Of a stretch of DNA of 64,000 nt, positions 19,041-29,241 are shown one piece after another. The position numbers were made by a program, and so were the translations under genes. Source of the DNA: an uncultured virus (IMG/VR IMGVR_UViG_3300047550_002736) (Duplodnaviria > Heunggongvirae > Uroviricota > Caudoviricetes). The stretch lies in IMG/VR virus record IMGVR_UViG_3300047550_002736, one strand, 5' to 3'. Position 1 is the first letter of the stretch, and each line of letters starts with the position of its first letter. The notes below the pieces were generated by a model. That model saw nothing but the letters and a program-made list of their open reading frames with translations, searched no databases and had not been told where the DNA came from.

Positions 19041-20408
19041 ATGATTAAATTGATCATTTTTGATTTGGATGGTGTATTGGTAGAGACTAAAAAACTTCAT
19101 TATGATGCTTTAAATAAAGCATTACGTGATGCTGATTCAAAATATGAAATTTCATATCAAGAACATCTTTCTAAGTATGATGGATTAAGCACATATAAAA
19201 AATTGGAAATTCTTGGTAGAGAAAAAGGACTGAGTGGGATGGAGTTTGAAAGTATATGGATGCGTAAACAACTTTATACTTCTCAGATGTTAAGAGAGTT
19301 GCAACCCGATGTTAGACTAATAGAAGTTCTTAAGAAACTCAAACAAAAGTGTCAAATTGCGGTAGCTAGTAACAGTATTCGTGATAGTGTTAAGATCACA
19401 CTTTTGAAATTGGGACTTTTAGAATATATTGATTTTTATCTGTCAAATGAAGATGTTAAACATTCAAAACCACATCCTGAAATTTATTTGAAATCGATGA
19501 TTCAATCTGGTGTTACACCAAAAGAAACTCTTATTGTTGAGGACAGTGTTATTGGACGTAATGCTGCAAATAATAGCGGTGCTTATTTACTTGGTGTGAA
19601 TAATCCACACGATATTACGTATGAAAATATTATAGAACATATAGATTGTATCAATAAAAATATCAAAAGACCCAAATGGCAAGGGGGGAAAATGAACGTA
19701 ATTATTCCAATGGCCGGAGCGGGAAGTCGATTTGAAAAAGCTGGATATACTTTTCCTAAACCACTGATTGACGTTCGTGGTAAGCCAATGATTCAATGGG
19801 TTGTTGATAATTTGAATGTGGATGCCAAGTATATTTTTATTGTTCAAAAAGGTCATTATGAACAGTATAATCTCAAAGACACAATAAATAATTTTTGTCC
19901 AAACAACAAAATTATTCAGATAGAGGGAGTGACCGAAGGAGCTGCTATCACCACATTATTAGCAAAGGAATATATTAATAACAATGATCCTCTTATAATT
20001 GCTAATAGTGATCAGTTTGTAGAATGGGATAGTGACGACTTTATGTATCATTGTGGTGCAAGTGATTTGGATGCTAATATTCTTACATTTAAATCAACAC
20101 ATCCAAAATGGAGTTTTGCGAAGTTAAATGAATTTGGATATGTTACTGAGGTTGCTGAAAAGAAGCCAATCAGTGATGTTGCCACTGTGGGAGTTTATTA
20201 TTGGCGTCGTGGCTCTGATTATGTCAAGTATGCTGAACAGATGATCAATAAGAACATCAGAGTCAACAACGAGTTTTATGTGTGCCCTGTATTTAATGAG
20301 GCCATTCAAGATGGAAAGAAAGTTAGAACCTACAACATTGAAAAAATGTGGGGGTTGGGAACACCTGAAGATTTAGAATATTTTCTTAAAAATTACAAAC
20401 ATGAATAA
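19041..20408 (+). CDS. HAD phosphatase-nucleotidyltransferase fusion
   Basis: FDLDGVL, SKPHPEIY, IVEDS; then IPMAGAGSRF, PKPLI, NSDQ, NNEFYVCP, LGTPEDL. Confidence 0.92.
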   Translation: MIKLIIFDLDGVLVETKKLHYDALNKALRDADSKYEISYQEHLSKYDGLSTYKKLEILGREKGLSGMEFESIWMRKQLYTSQMLRELQPDVRLIEVLKKLKQKCQIAVASNSIRDSVKITLLKLGLLEYIDFYLSNEDVKHSKPHPEIYLKSMIQSGVTPKETLIVEDSVIGRNAANNSGAYLLGVNNPHDITYENIIEHIDCINKNIKRPKWQGGKMNVIIPMAGAGSRFEKAGYTFPKPLIDVRGKPMIQWVVDNLNVDAKYIFIVQKGHYEQYNLKDTINNFCPNNKIIQIEGVTEGAAITTLLAKEYINNNDPLIIANSDQFVEWDSDDFMYHCGASDLDANILTFKSTHPKWSFAKLNEFGYVTEVAEKKPISDVATVGVYYWRRGSDYVKYAEQMINKNIRVNNEFYVCPVFNEAIQDGKKVRTYNIEKMWGLGTPEDLEYFLKNYKHE

Positions 20409-21225
20409 ATCTTGTTTTTTAGCACCAATTCATGACGCTAAGTTTAGATACGGTTATGATTTTGTTAAAAGTTATAATGATATATTTGATGATGATAATA
20501 TCTTCTTGGTATTTTCCAGTGAAAAAGAACATGAAGATTTTAATAAACAGTATGATGTAAAGTATAAATCGATCATATACACCGATTCATATGATCCAGA
20601 ATTAAAAGGCATAATTACAACAAAAAAGTGGTTCGGGCTAAATCACATATACAGTAATACAGATTATGTGAATATAGCAGTGATGGATGTTGATTCTTTG
20701 TTTGTAAAAAAGGTTGACTACAATACAATGTTTGATCAATTTGTCAATCAACAAAAAATACATGCAAACTTCATTCATGATAATCCACACATAAAAAGTC
20801 TACAAAGTCAAATAGTGACAAACTGTGTAAAGTTTTTCAAATCAGAAGATCAAAAGTTATTGGAAATATTGACACACAATTTTAAGACATTGTTTTGGTT
20901 TAATGACATACCCATATACCACAAATCTTATTACCAAGAATTTCTACATTATATTGATTATGAAAAAATCAAACATGAAATATGTTGGTTAGATTTTGAT
21001 TATATTGTGTATGCTTATTATTTGATGGTCACAAATAGACTGACCATGAAACTCCTTGATCTCGACATGGCTTTAGAACACAATCTACTGGACGATTATT
21101 CAAAAATACCCAAAGACAAGTTTATAAAGGCATTTACTGGTTATAATCCTATGTGGATTAAGACTGAAATAGAAGAACAATACATGAAGAACGTATTCAT
21201 GAAAGTTCACGTTGATCGAAAATAG
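20401..21225 (+). CDS. hypothetical protein, possible GT-A fold
   Basis: AVMDVDS DxD motif; island context. Confidence 0.45.
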   Translation: MNKSCFLAPIHDAKFRYGYDFVKSYNDIFDDDNIFLVFSSEKEHEDFNKQYDVKYKSIIYTDSYDPELKGIITTKKWFGLNHIYSNTDYVNIAVMDVDSLFVKKVDYNTMFDQFVNQQKIHANFIHDNPHIKSLQSQIVTNCVKFFKSEDQKLLEILTHNFKTLFWFNDIPIYHKSYYQEFLHYIDYEKIKHEICWLDFDYIVYAYYLMVTNRLTMKLLDLDMALEHNLLDDYSKIPKDKFIKAFTGYNPMWIKTEIEEQYMKNVFMKVHVDRK

Positions 21226-22031
21226 TCTTTCCAAAACTTATATACTTCTACCACAGACTTTTCATTTACATTATTGTTTTCAATTATATATTTCCATGAT
21301 TTATAACACTCAACGTCTGTAGGAATACCTAGACACGCGTATTTGTTTGCTACGTAGTGAGTTATTTTTAGACCGTCGTTAATCATTAAATTGTATGGCA
21401 CAGTAACATAATATTCACCATTTACACAAACCTTTTCATCCATCAATCGTTTGAAGTATTTTTTGAGTAAAGCACCTGATTTAAAATAATAAATACCATT
21501 TGATGCGGGCTCGTTTGGTTTTACTTGATCAATTGGCTTCTTTTCGTGAACATAAGAAACTGTGTTATCTTGTTCATTGACCGTCAAAAATGCAAATGAT
21601 TTGTTGTATAATTTATGAGGAACAAATCCGACATGTGTTACCAAACATCCATCTGAATTTGATTCTCTACAAAATTTTATAAATTCTTCAAAGTTCCACT
21701 TTTGTGTAAAGTCACAGTATGAGACTACAATTTCTTCATCATCGGGTATACTATCAAACGCATTTGAAATGGAATATACTGGTCCAAGATTATTTTTGTC
21801 TATTGCAAAAATCTTAGATACTTTGGATTGAAGTATTGCTCTATCAATTCCATGTGTAGACAAATCTTCACGTCTTACAATAAACAAAAAATCTTTGTCG
21901 TCTACATTTGGAAACATGTCTAAAACATAGTCTATGATTCGTTTATCCTCAATCTTTATTAGAGACTTGATTGGATATCCCTTAGACGTGAATCTTTCAC
22001 TATTTCCTGATAGAGTTATAACAATTTTCAT
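21207..22031 (-). CDS. sugar nucleotidyltransferase paralog
   Basis: ATG 22031; ITLSGNSERF...YPIKSLI, SYCD, HEKK, NGEYYV, LGIPTD. Confidence 0.85.
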   Translation of the reverse strand: MKIVITLSGNSERFTSKGYPIKSLIKIEDKRIIDYVLDMFPNVDDKDFLFIVRREDLSTHGIDRAILQSKVSKIFAIDKNNLGPVYSISNAFDSIPDDEEIVVSYCDFTQKWNFEEFIKFCRESNSDGCLVTHVGFVPHKLYNKSFAFLTVNEQDNTVSYVHEKKPIDQVKPNEPASNGIYYFKSGALLKKYFKRLMDEKVCVNGEYYVTVPYNLMINDGLKITHYVANKYACLGIPTDVECYKSWKYIIENNNVNEKSVVEVYKFWKDYFRST

Positions 22032-22470
22032 AAAATTTAATGTTGTCGCTGACAATACCATCAAATTCAAGTATTTCATTGATGGTATAGTGCGACATCT
22101 CTGGCATTATAAGTATGCCTTTTCTTAGTGTAGTAACAGTATGTGGATGAATTAATATAACATTTTTGCTTGATAATGTGAATGGATCATCAGCATGAGT
22201 AAAAAGTTCCAATATAGGAATGGTGTTTAATCTAAATAATGCTTCATCGTTTTTACAATGAATTAATAATTGTTGATAATTGTTTTTAAAAAATTGATCT
22301 GAAATTTCCCATTCAGGCTCATCGTGACCCAAGAAAAATTTATTGTTTTTATACCAGACATCAATTTCAACACCATAACCAATGGATATAACATTTTGAA
22401 TGGTGGACGGACAATTTTCATAAATCTTGTGTCTACCGACTGTATTTCCTCTGTGACTAATAAACTTCAT
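22000..22470 (-). CDS. GDPD/PLC-like phosphodiesterase-family protein
   Basis: ISHRGN, EN, VEIDVW, LGHD, IHCKN, GIVSD. Confidence 0.75.
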   Translation of the reverse strand: MKFISHRGNTVGRHKIYENCPSTIQNVISIGYGVEIDVWYKNNKFFLGHDEPEWEISDQFFKNNYQQLLIHCKNDEALFRLNTIPILELFTHADDPFTLSSKNVILIHPHTVTTLRKGILIMPEMSHYTINEILEFDGIVSDNIKFYENCYNSIRK

Positions 22471-22535
22471 TCAACTATATATATTCAACAGTTATGACAT
22501 TGTAACACAAGATTAAAATATAATAAATTGTCATA

Positions 22536-22563
22536 TTGACATCATATCTAGTTATGGTATGTT
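22536..22563 (+). promoter_or_regulatory. possible sigma70-like promoter
   Basis: TTGACA-16nt-TATGTT in the divergent intergenic gap. Confidence 0.35.
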
Positions 22564-22580
22564 ATAAACCTATGTAATAT

Positions 22581-23021
22581 ATGAGCATCAAAACAATCAA
22601 ATTAAATCAGCCATTTTATTCAAAATATATGTCTTTGATAAAAACATTTGCAAAGAAAATATCGGGACTAAAAGTGGAGAAAAAAATTCAACGAGATAAT
22701 GATCTTTGGTATGGATTAGAACAGGCAAATGATAAACCTTTTAGATGGTCTCATCCATTGACAAAAGTCAAAATTCAAAATGTAGATAAAACCGTATTTG
22801 TTCTTTCTGATCCAATTGGAAGAGAAATTTCTTTCAAGTCAAAAGATATTGATGAGACCATTGTTTTATCGCCGGAACATCAATACAAAATAATTGTATC
22901 TACCTATGGTGCGGATGAAATTACTATTAGGGTGGATCCATTTAATCCAGAAAGTGACACACGTTCTTTGGGTGTTCAATATTATTCAATTACTTCAGAA
23001 GACACTATTGTTTTGAACTGA
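22581..23021 (+). CDS. small beta-domain protein (FRWSHP...DTRSLG family)
   Basis: Paralog of 24449..24874. Confidence 0.6.
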   Translation: MSIKTIKLNQPFYSKYMSLIKTFAKKISGLKVEKKIQRDNDLWYGLEQANDKPFRWSHPLTKVKIQNVDKTVFVLSDPIGREISFKSKDIDETIVLSPEHQYKIIVSTYGADEITIRVDPFNPESDTRSLGVQYYSITSEDTIVLN

Positions 23022-23022
23022 C

Positions 23023-24441
23023 ATGGAAAAATATAATCAAAATAAAATTGATTTTTTAAAAGAAAAAGCCAGTTCTCTTGTATTGATATCAAAAGATAAA
23101 AATCTTCTTGATACATTATCGTCAGAAAATGACATTGAAATTTATTTGATTGATGATTTGGAGTCTCTGAATGGCGTTGGTATTTATAGCGAATTAATTA
23201 AAAAAATTAACAAAGTTTTCGTATTTGTCAACAGCAGTTTTGAAGAAAATAAATTTTTACAATTTCTTGTAAATAGAACACTAAATGTATTTGAAAAAGA
23301 AAAAATATTTTGTGACATTATCGTGTATCCAAAATATGATTTTCCTAAAAAAGAATCATTGAAAAAAATATCAATGATTAAGTTGTTTAATAGATCTAAT
23401 ATTGAATTAGATGTTGTAGATTCTGTATATTACGTTGGTCAGTATGGAACATCTGGTTATGCGAGTGCTGCAAAAGGTTATGTGGCAGAGTATGTTACTA
23501 ATGGTATACCGGTTTGTTGGCATACGTTAAAATTTGACAGTAGTAAATTGGACACTACAAATTATGTCAATGCTCTGGCAGAAAGCGCAATAAATAGAAC
23601 ATTAAGTGGAAAAGATCAAATTACATTACATTCAACTCCCGATTTGTGGCCTGAGTTCATAAGAAAATACGAATGTTCTAAATACAAACGTGTTGTAGGA
23701 TATTGTGCTTGGGAAAGTAGTAAACTTCCTTCTAAATGGGTTGATTGTATCAATATGTTGCCAGAAGTATGGGTGCCATCACACTATAACAAAACTGTAT
23801 ATGAAAATTGTGGAGTTAAATCTAAAATAGAAGTGGTTCCACATGTTTGGTTTGACCAAAAATTGTTGAGTAAAAATAAAATAAATATTACGGATTGTTT
23901 TGGAACTGAATTAAGTAAATCGAAATATACATTTTACTGTATTGGAGAGCTTACAGCTCGAAAAAGTATCGAAGAATTGGTAAAAGTGTTTGATAAATTA
24001 AACGATAAATATCAAGATACTCAACTTCTTTTAAAAGTTCACTATAAAGACTATACTCTAACAAACATCAATTATATTGTAAACAAATTGTCGTTATTGA
24101 CAAATAAGTTGGGAAAGAGTATTCATTTGTTGTTGATGAATTTGAATGAACGTGAGATGTTAAGTCTTCATAGTTTCGGCGACTGTTATGTAAGTCTGAC
24201 TAAATCAGAAGGATTTGGTTTGACTATATTCGAAGCATTTCATCTCAAAAAAGATGTCATTGCAACTGGATATAGTGGTCATATTGATTTTTTGGGTGAA
24301 AACCACCCTGGACTAGTAAATTATAAAATTGGAAGTATTCAAGGTATGGAAACGTTTAGTGTTAACTATACTAGCGACCAAGAATGGGCTTATCCCGACT
24401 TGGATCATACCTATGCTTTAATGGAATCAAAAGTAAAATAG
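23023..24441 (+). CDS. glycosyltransferase family 4-like
   Basis: SGYA, WES, ARKS, SEGFGLTIFEA, TGYSGHIDFL. Confidence 0.85.
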   Translation: MEKYNQNKIDFLKEKASSLVLISKDKNLLDTLSSENDIEIYLIDDLESLNGVGIYSELIKKINKVFVFVNSSFEENKFLQFLVNRTLNVFEKEKIFCDIIVYPKYDFPKKESLKKISMIKLFNRSNIELDVVDSVYYVGQYGTSGYASAAKGYVAEYVTNGIPVCWHTLKFDSSKLDTTNYVNALAESAINRTLSGKDQITLHSTPDLWPEFIRKYECSKYKRVVGYCAWESSKLPSKWVDCINMLPEVWVPSHYNKTVYENCGVKSKIEVVPHVWFDQKLLSKNKINITDCFGTELSKSKYTFYCIGELTARKSIEELVKVFDKLNDKYQDTQLLLKVHYKDYTLTNINYIVNKLSLLTNKLGKSIHLLLMNLNEREMLSLHSFGDCYVSLTKSEGFGLTIFEAFHLKKDVIATGYSGHIDFLGENHPGLVNYKIGSIQGMETFSVNYTSDQEWAYPDLDHTYALMESKVK

Positions 24442-24448
24442 TAAAGTT

Positions 24449-24874
24449 ATGGACGATGCAATAATAATCAATCAATCATTTTTGGATAGACTAAAGAACA
24501 CGTTTAGTGTAAGATCTTTCAATAGTGCTAGCACGTTAACATTGAGTGGAACTGACTGGCATGAAGTTGAAAAAGATTTGGACGGTAACAAGTTTCGATG
24601 GTCCCATCCAAAGACAACTATTAATTATGAAAATATATCGGCATTGAGAATTAAAATTCATTGTCCAATTGGTAGAGAAGTTAAAATCTATAATAATAAG
24701 ATTAACGTAACTTATAAATTGACACCTAATAAACCGTATACATTTGTAATTAATTGTGTTGGAACTAGTTATTTAACTGTCGAAACTGATACGTATATGC
24801 CAGAGAATGATACTAGGTCGCTCGGTCTTTGTTTTTCTCAAGTGTGTGAACACCCAAGTCTATCTTGTCTATAA
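24449..24874 (+). CDS. small beta-domain protein (FRWSHP...DTRSLG family)
   Basis: WHEVE...FRWSHP...PIGRE...PENDTRSLG. Confidence 0.6.
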   Translation: MDDAIIINQSFLDRLKNTFSVRSFNSASTLTLSGTDWHEVEKDLDGNKFRWSHPKTTINYENISALRIKIHCPIGREVKIYNNKINVTYKLTPNKPYTFVINCVGTSYLTVETDTYMPENDTRSLGLCFSQVCEHPSLSCL

Positions 24875-24879
24875 TTAAA

Positions 24880-25917
24880 ATGAAAAAAATATTATATTTA
24901 TGTTGTCATTGTGTTTTGGAGTATGACGAATTGCGTCTATTGCATGAATTGGGTCATGATGTATTTACTAATGATGCATATCATCGTCCAAAAACACCTG
25001 TTGTTGATAGAAGACCACCATTGAACATTGATGATAAAGAAGTGTATCTTCAAAAGTTTTATGACATGTGTCACGTAAATTCAAGTAATCCCGAAGTAAA
25101 GCCAGAACAGTATAACAATCTATTGACAGATGCAATGATTGAAGCATTTGATGTTATTATGATAATGCATCTTCCCAGATTTATTGAACAGAATTGGGAT
25201 CGAATCAAACACAAAACTGTCATTTGGAGAACAATAGGTCAATCTACAGGTGACGTTGAAGCAAAAATGAAAAAATATCGTGATGAAGGACTTAAGATTA
25301 TAAGATACAGTCCTTTGGAACGTGAATTGGAAAATTATTGTGGTGAAGATGCTTTGATTCGTTTTGCAAAATATGAATCTGATTATTTACCATACATTGG
25401 TGATCAAAATTATGTAATGACGTTTGGTCAAAATGTAATTGGTAGAGGTGATCACTGTAGATATGATCTCATACGAAATGTGGCTAAAGATTTTAACTTC
25501 AAGTTGTTTGGACCTGGTAACCAAGCTGCTCCTATGAATAGTGGTGAGTTATCTTATCAAGACCAAATACACGAACTATCAAAGAATAAAGTTTATTTGT
25601 ATAGTGGAACATGGCCTGCTTCATATACGTTAAATTTTATTGAGGCGTGGATGAGTGGTATACCAATTGTCGCTTTGGGAACTGAATTGGCAAGCAAAGT
25701 TGGTAAGTTTCCTTATGAAGTAAGTCAATTGATAAATCATGGCGAAAATGGTTTTTGTAGCAATAGCATTGCTGATTTAAAACAATGTATTCGTGAAGTT
25801 ATGACAAACTCTGATTTAAGAAGAAAAATCAGTGAAAATGGAAGAAAATCTGCTATTCAACATTTTGGAGCAGAAAATATTAAACATCAATGGAAACAAT
25901 TTTTTGACAAATTATGA
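24880..25917 (+). CDS. GT-B glycosyltransferase
   Basis: NFIEAWMSGIPIV, INHGENGF, SENGRKSA. Confidence 0.8.
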   Translation: MKKILYLCCHCVLEYDELRLLHELGHDVFTNDAYHRPKTPVVDRRPPLNIDDKEVYLQKFYDMCHVNSSNPEVKPEQYNNLLTDAMIEAFDVIMIMHLPRFIEQNWDRIKHKTVIWRTIGQSTGDVEAKMKKYRDEGLKIIRYSPLERELENYCGEDALIRFAKYESDYLPYIGDQNYVMTFGQNVIGRGDHCRYDLIRNVAKDFNFKLFGPGNQAAPMNSGELSYQDQIHELSKNKVYLYSGTWPASYTLNFIEAWMSGIPIVALGTELASKVGKFPYEVSQLINHGENGFCSNSIADLKQCIREVMTNSDLRRKISENGRKSAIQHFGAENIKHQWKQFFDKL

Positions 25918-27071
25918 AAGTATTTTGTGATTTTCATCATAGAGATTTGGTAAATTCAATGTGTCACCTATTTGAAAAAAGAATGGGTGCTGAATTATAT
26001 GTTCCGTATGGAATGGAATTTTATAAACAAGGTTATTGGAGAATTGTTGATTCTAATATTGAGAGTGTAGCACAACAATTTTTGATCAACCAGTTTGGAA
26101 ACGACGGGCTTCAGACATTTACAGATAATGAAGACGGAACCGTAACTGTCAATTCAAATGATGGTAAATTGCCTTATAAAGGAATTGATTTTGAAAAATT
26201 CTGTCAGACAAAATTTGACATTATTATTGCTACTGTTCCAGCACATATTCCTGTTTATATGAAGTTGCTTAAAGATCACCAACCACAAGCAAAATTTATA
26301 TTTGAAGCAGGCAATAATTGGGGAAATGTTAATATTAATGTTCCAAACTTTTTAAATTCAACAACATATACATTTGTGTCGGGTGAAGATATTCATGGTT
26401 GGACAATGCAAGCTTTATACAAAAAGTTTCAAAAGAAAGAATTGTATAAGGGTATGCACAAAATATTTCAAAACAGACGAAATGGTAAAAAGTGTAATAT
26501 GGTATACTTTCACCCAGAGTTTGATTTGAATATATTTAAAAATGACAATACTATTAAAGATGTTAAGAGTATAAGCAATATACGTCATAATTGTAATACA
26601 CTTGGCGGACTGTATGAATTAGAACGACGTTTGCCTGATTGGACAATTAATGCTTATGGCGTAGGCAATCGTGATGGTGAATTAAAGACAGACTATGATA
26701 TAGCTAGAGTGATGAATGAATCTGGTTTTGTTTATCATGTTAAACCAGTTGGTGATGGATATGGATATAACATACATCAAGCTTACGCAATTGGAAGTGT
26801 GTTGATAACCGATAGTAGTCACATGTGCAGTGGAGGTAATCCAGACGAATGGTTTACATCACAATTATTATTAGACACAGAAAACTATGGAACCAAACCT
26901 ACATTTGTTGATTGGGGTAAATATAACTATGATAGCGTGGTTAATAGATTAAAGTGGTGTGCTGACAATTATTCAGACATTCAACAAAATGCGATGAATA
27001 AATTTAAAGAAGTTGTTGATTTTGATGAAGAATACCAAAAGATTCGTGTATTTATTGAAAGACTAATATGA
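25914..27071 (+). CDS. GT-B glycosyltransferase-like
   Basis: DFHH, YG..NRDG, DGYGYNIHQAYAIG; paralog of the next gene. Confidence 0.6.
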   Translation: MKVFCDFHHRDLVNSMCHLFEKRMGAELYVPYGMEFYKQGYWRIVDSNIESVAQQFLINQFGNDGLQTFTDNEDGTVTVNSNDGKLPYKGIDFEKFCQTKFDIIIATVPAHIPVYMKLLKDHQPQAKFIFEAGNNWGNVNINVPNFLNSTTYTFVSGEDIHGWTMQALYKKFQKKELYKGMHKIFQNRRNGKKCNMVYFHPEFDLNIFKNDNTIKDVKSISNIRHNCNTLGGLYELERRLPDWTINAYGVGNRDGELKTDYDIARVMNESGFVYHVKPVGDGYGYNIHQAYAIGSVLITDSSHMCSGGNPDEWFTSQLLLDTENYGTKPTFVDWGKYNYDSVVNRLKWCADNYSDIQQNAMNKFKEVVDFDEEYQKIRVFIERLI

Positions 27072-28063
27072 AAGTTTTAGCTGATTACCACCACATATCC
27101 CTACTTAGATCCATTTATATCCTTTTTAAGGAACGACTAAACTATGAATTAGACATTCCTTCTGGCTGGGACTGGTATTTTGATGGGTCTGTATATAGTA
27201 ATTATTCTCAAGAAGTGGGTAGATATACAATCACGCCTGAACTTGATAACACTTATTTTAAAAAATACTTACCTCATATAGGTCTTGCCTCTTATGAAAA
27301 GTTTAAAGACAATTACTATGATGTTGTAGTATGCACGTTGCTTGAGAATTATCATAGTTGGCAAACATTGATAAAACAATACGATTTACGTTGCAAATTA
27401 ATTTTTCAAATTGGTAACAACATTCCATTATGGGCACAACCAACTAAGTTTGAAAATATATTATCAAGCTCTTGGCCTTGTTATGTTCAATATCCATGTC
27501 AAAACAAAGTATTTTATCATCAAGAATTTGACACTACTAAGTTTAGACAAGAATTAAATTGCAATAGAAAATCAATTGCTAATCTTCAACATTTTATGCA
27601 AATGCCGGAATTGTTCTATGGACTTGAAAAGGACATGCCGGACTACACATTCAAAGCCCATGGTGCTGGTAACCGAGATGGATATATTTACAATGGTGAA
27701 GATGAAATGGCACAGTTTATAAGAAACCTTGGATTCTTATTTCATTGTAAGATTGTGGATGAAGGATATGGTCATAATGTTCACAATGCGTTTGCATGTG
27801 GTAAACCAGTAATTACCGATAGCACGCACATGGGTGTTGATTGGAATGGATGGATAGGAAATACAGCATCATTGATGTTTGAAGATGGTAAGACTATTAT
27901 TGATGTCAATGGTAAATCACAAAAAGAAATTGAATTTAAAATCAGAGAAATGACTGAAAATTATGAAGAAGTTAGCAACTACATAATCAAAAAATTCAAT
28001 ACAGTTTCTAATTTCGATGAAGAATTTATCGCAATTAAGTCATTTATGGCAAATCTTGTATGA
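27068..28063 (+). CDS. GT-B glycosyltransferase-like
   Basis: DYHH, HG..NRDG, EGYGHNVHNAFACGKPVI. Confidence 0.65.
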   Translation: MKVLADYHHISLLRSIYILFKERLNYELDIPSGWDWYFDGSVYSNYSQEVGRYTITPELDNTYFKKYLPHIGLASYEKFKDNYYDVVVCTLLENYHSWQTLIKQYDLRCKLIFQIGNNIPLWAQPTKFENILSSSWPCYVQYPCQNKVFYHQEFDTTKFRQELNCNRKSIANLQHFMQMPELFYGLEKDMPDYTFKAHGAGNRDGYIYNGEDEMAQFIRNLGFLFHCKIVDEGYGHNVHNAFACGKPVITDSTHMGVDWNGWIGNTASLMFEDGKTIIDVNGKSQKEIEFKIREMTENYEEVSNYIIKKFNTVSNFDEEFIAIKSFMANLV

Positions 28064-29241
28064 GTAACGAACGAAAAATATCACTATTATTACCTGCGAC
28101 TGGTGAACCACTTATCATGTATTGTTGGTTAACCAACTTACAAAAGTATGCACATATTTTTGAAAACATGTTCATATCAGTCGATTGTATGGGTAAATTG
28201 AATCCTATGGATTTTATTTTCATACAGAACTATCTCACCAGATTGTATAGAAAATTTCCAAATATACGTGACAACTTTGAATATTTGGTTGCACAACATG
28301 GACTCAATATAGATTTGATGTTGAACAAATATGAACCAGATATACAAGAAAACGTTTTATTGATGGAAGAGGATGATTTTATTATAAATCCTCACTTGTT
28401 GATGGAACATATTGACGACTATTTTACAAATGAATATGATGTGTTAGGTGTTACAAGGGGTTCCGCAACACCATATTTTCTGGATTCGTTGAGACCTTTG
28501 GTTCGCAATAGATCCGGATTACAAATTGATACAAAATTACCACCGGACGACTCGGCTCTTAGTTTCTGGCCTACATTATTTTTGTCAAAGAAAAAATTTT
28601 TAATTAAATCATCAAGAGAGTTTTATTCAAAAAATTGGCCATCTGGAAGCGTTATAAAAATTGGTGACGAACAAGTTGTATTGGATAGAGAGTGTAATGG
28701 AGATACATTTGTTGCGTATTCATACGAACTATATAATAATCCAGAATTGAAAAAAATAAAGTTGTTATCAAATACACCTGAAAATATTAATCATCAACAT
28801 GTATATAGAACATATCATTCAAGTTTACATGATAATCAGTTAATTGATAGTATCAAAACCACATCTGTTGATTTTCATGTGGGATCTTTGTCTACATTTT
28901 TATCAAATAGGTTTTGGAAACCATTTAAGGGTGAATATGGTGAACATGCCTATATTCCATCAATGTATAAACAAAAGCGTTTAGAACCAACAAACTGTAA
29001 TAATTTGGAAATTGTTGAACCATATCGTAGATGTTTATTGATGCGTGAACTATTACATTCTATAGAAAATCCCAATGACTTTGAATTTTATAGTATATAC
29101 GAAGAAAATTTAAATAGAACCATTGGAATATATGAAAAAGAAAATGATATGGTTTCAATTTTGAATGCCTATAATATTCATGGCATGAAAGATAAATTTA
29201 ATACCGACCAATATAAAACGATCAGCGAAATGATTTTATGA
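28060..29241 (+). CDS. divergent GT-A-like protein
   Basis: QHGLNID, LLMEEDDF, GDTF, FHVGSLS. Confidence 0.5.
   Translation: MSNERKISLLLPATGEPLIMYCWLTNLQKYAHIFENMFISVDCMGKLNPMDFIFIQNYLTRLYRKFPNIRDNFEYLVAQHGLNIDLMLNKYEPDIQENVLLMEEDDFIINPHLLMEHIDDYFTNEYDVLGVTRGSATPYFLDSLRPLVRNRSGLQIDTKLPPDDSALSFWPTLFLSKKKFLIKSSREFYSKNWPSGSVIKIGDEQVVLDRECNGDTFVAYSYELYNNPELKKIKLLSNTPENINHQHVYRTYHSSLHDNQLIDSIKTTSVDFHVGSLSTFLSNRFWKPFKGEYGEHAYIPSMYKQKRLEPTNCNNLEIVEPYRRCLLMRELLHSIENPNDFEFYSIYEENLNRTIGIYEKENDMVSILNAYNIHGMKDKFNTDQYKTISEMIL

Noticed and set aside
22491..22541. TGTCA/TGACA elements as a second pho box
   Set aside because: Arranged as an inverted pair (tgtca-tat-tgaca) without 11-bp direct periodicity; better explained by a -35 element
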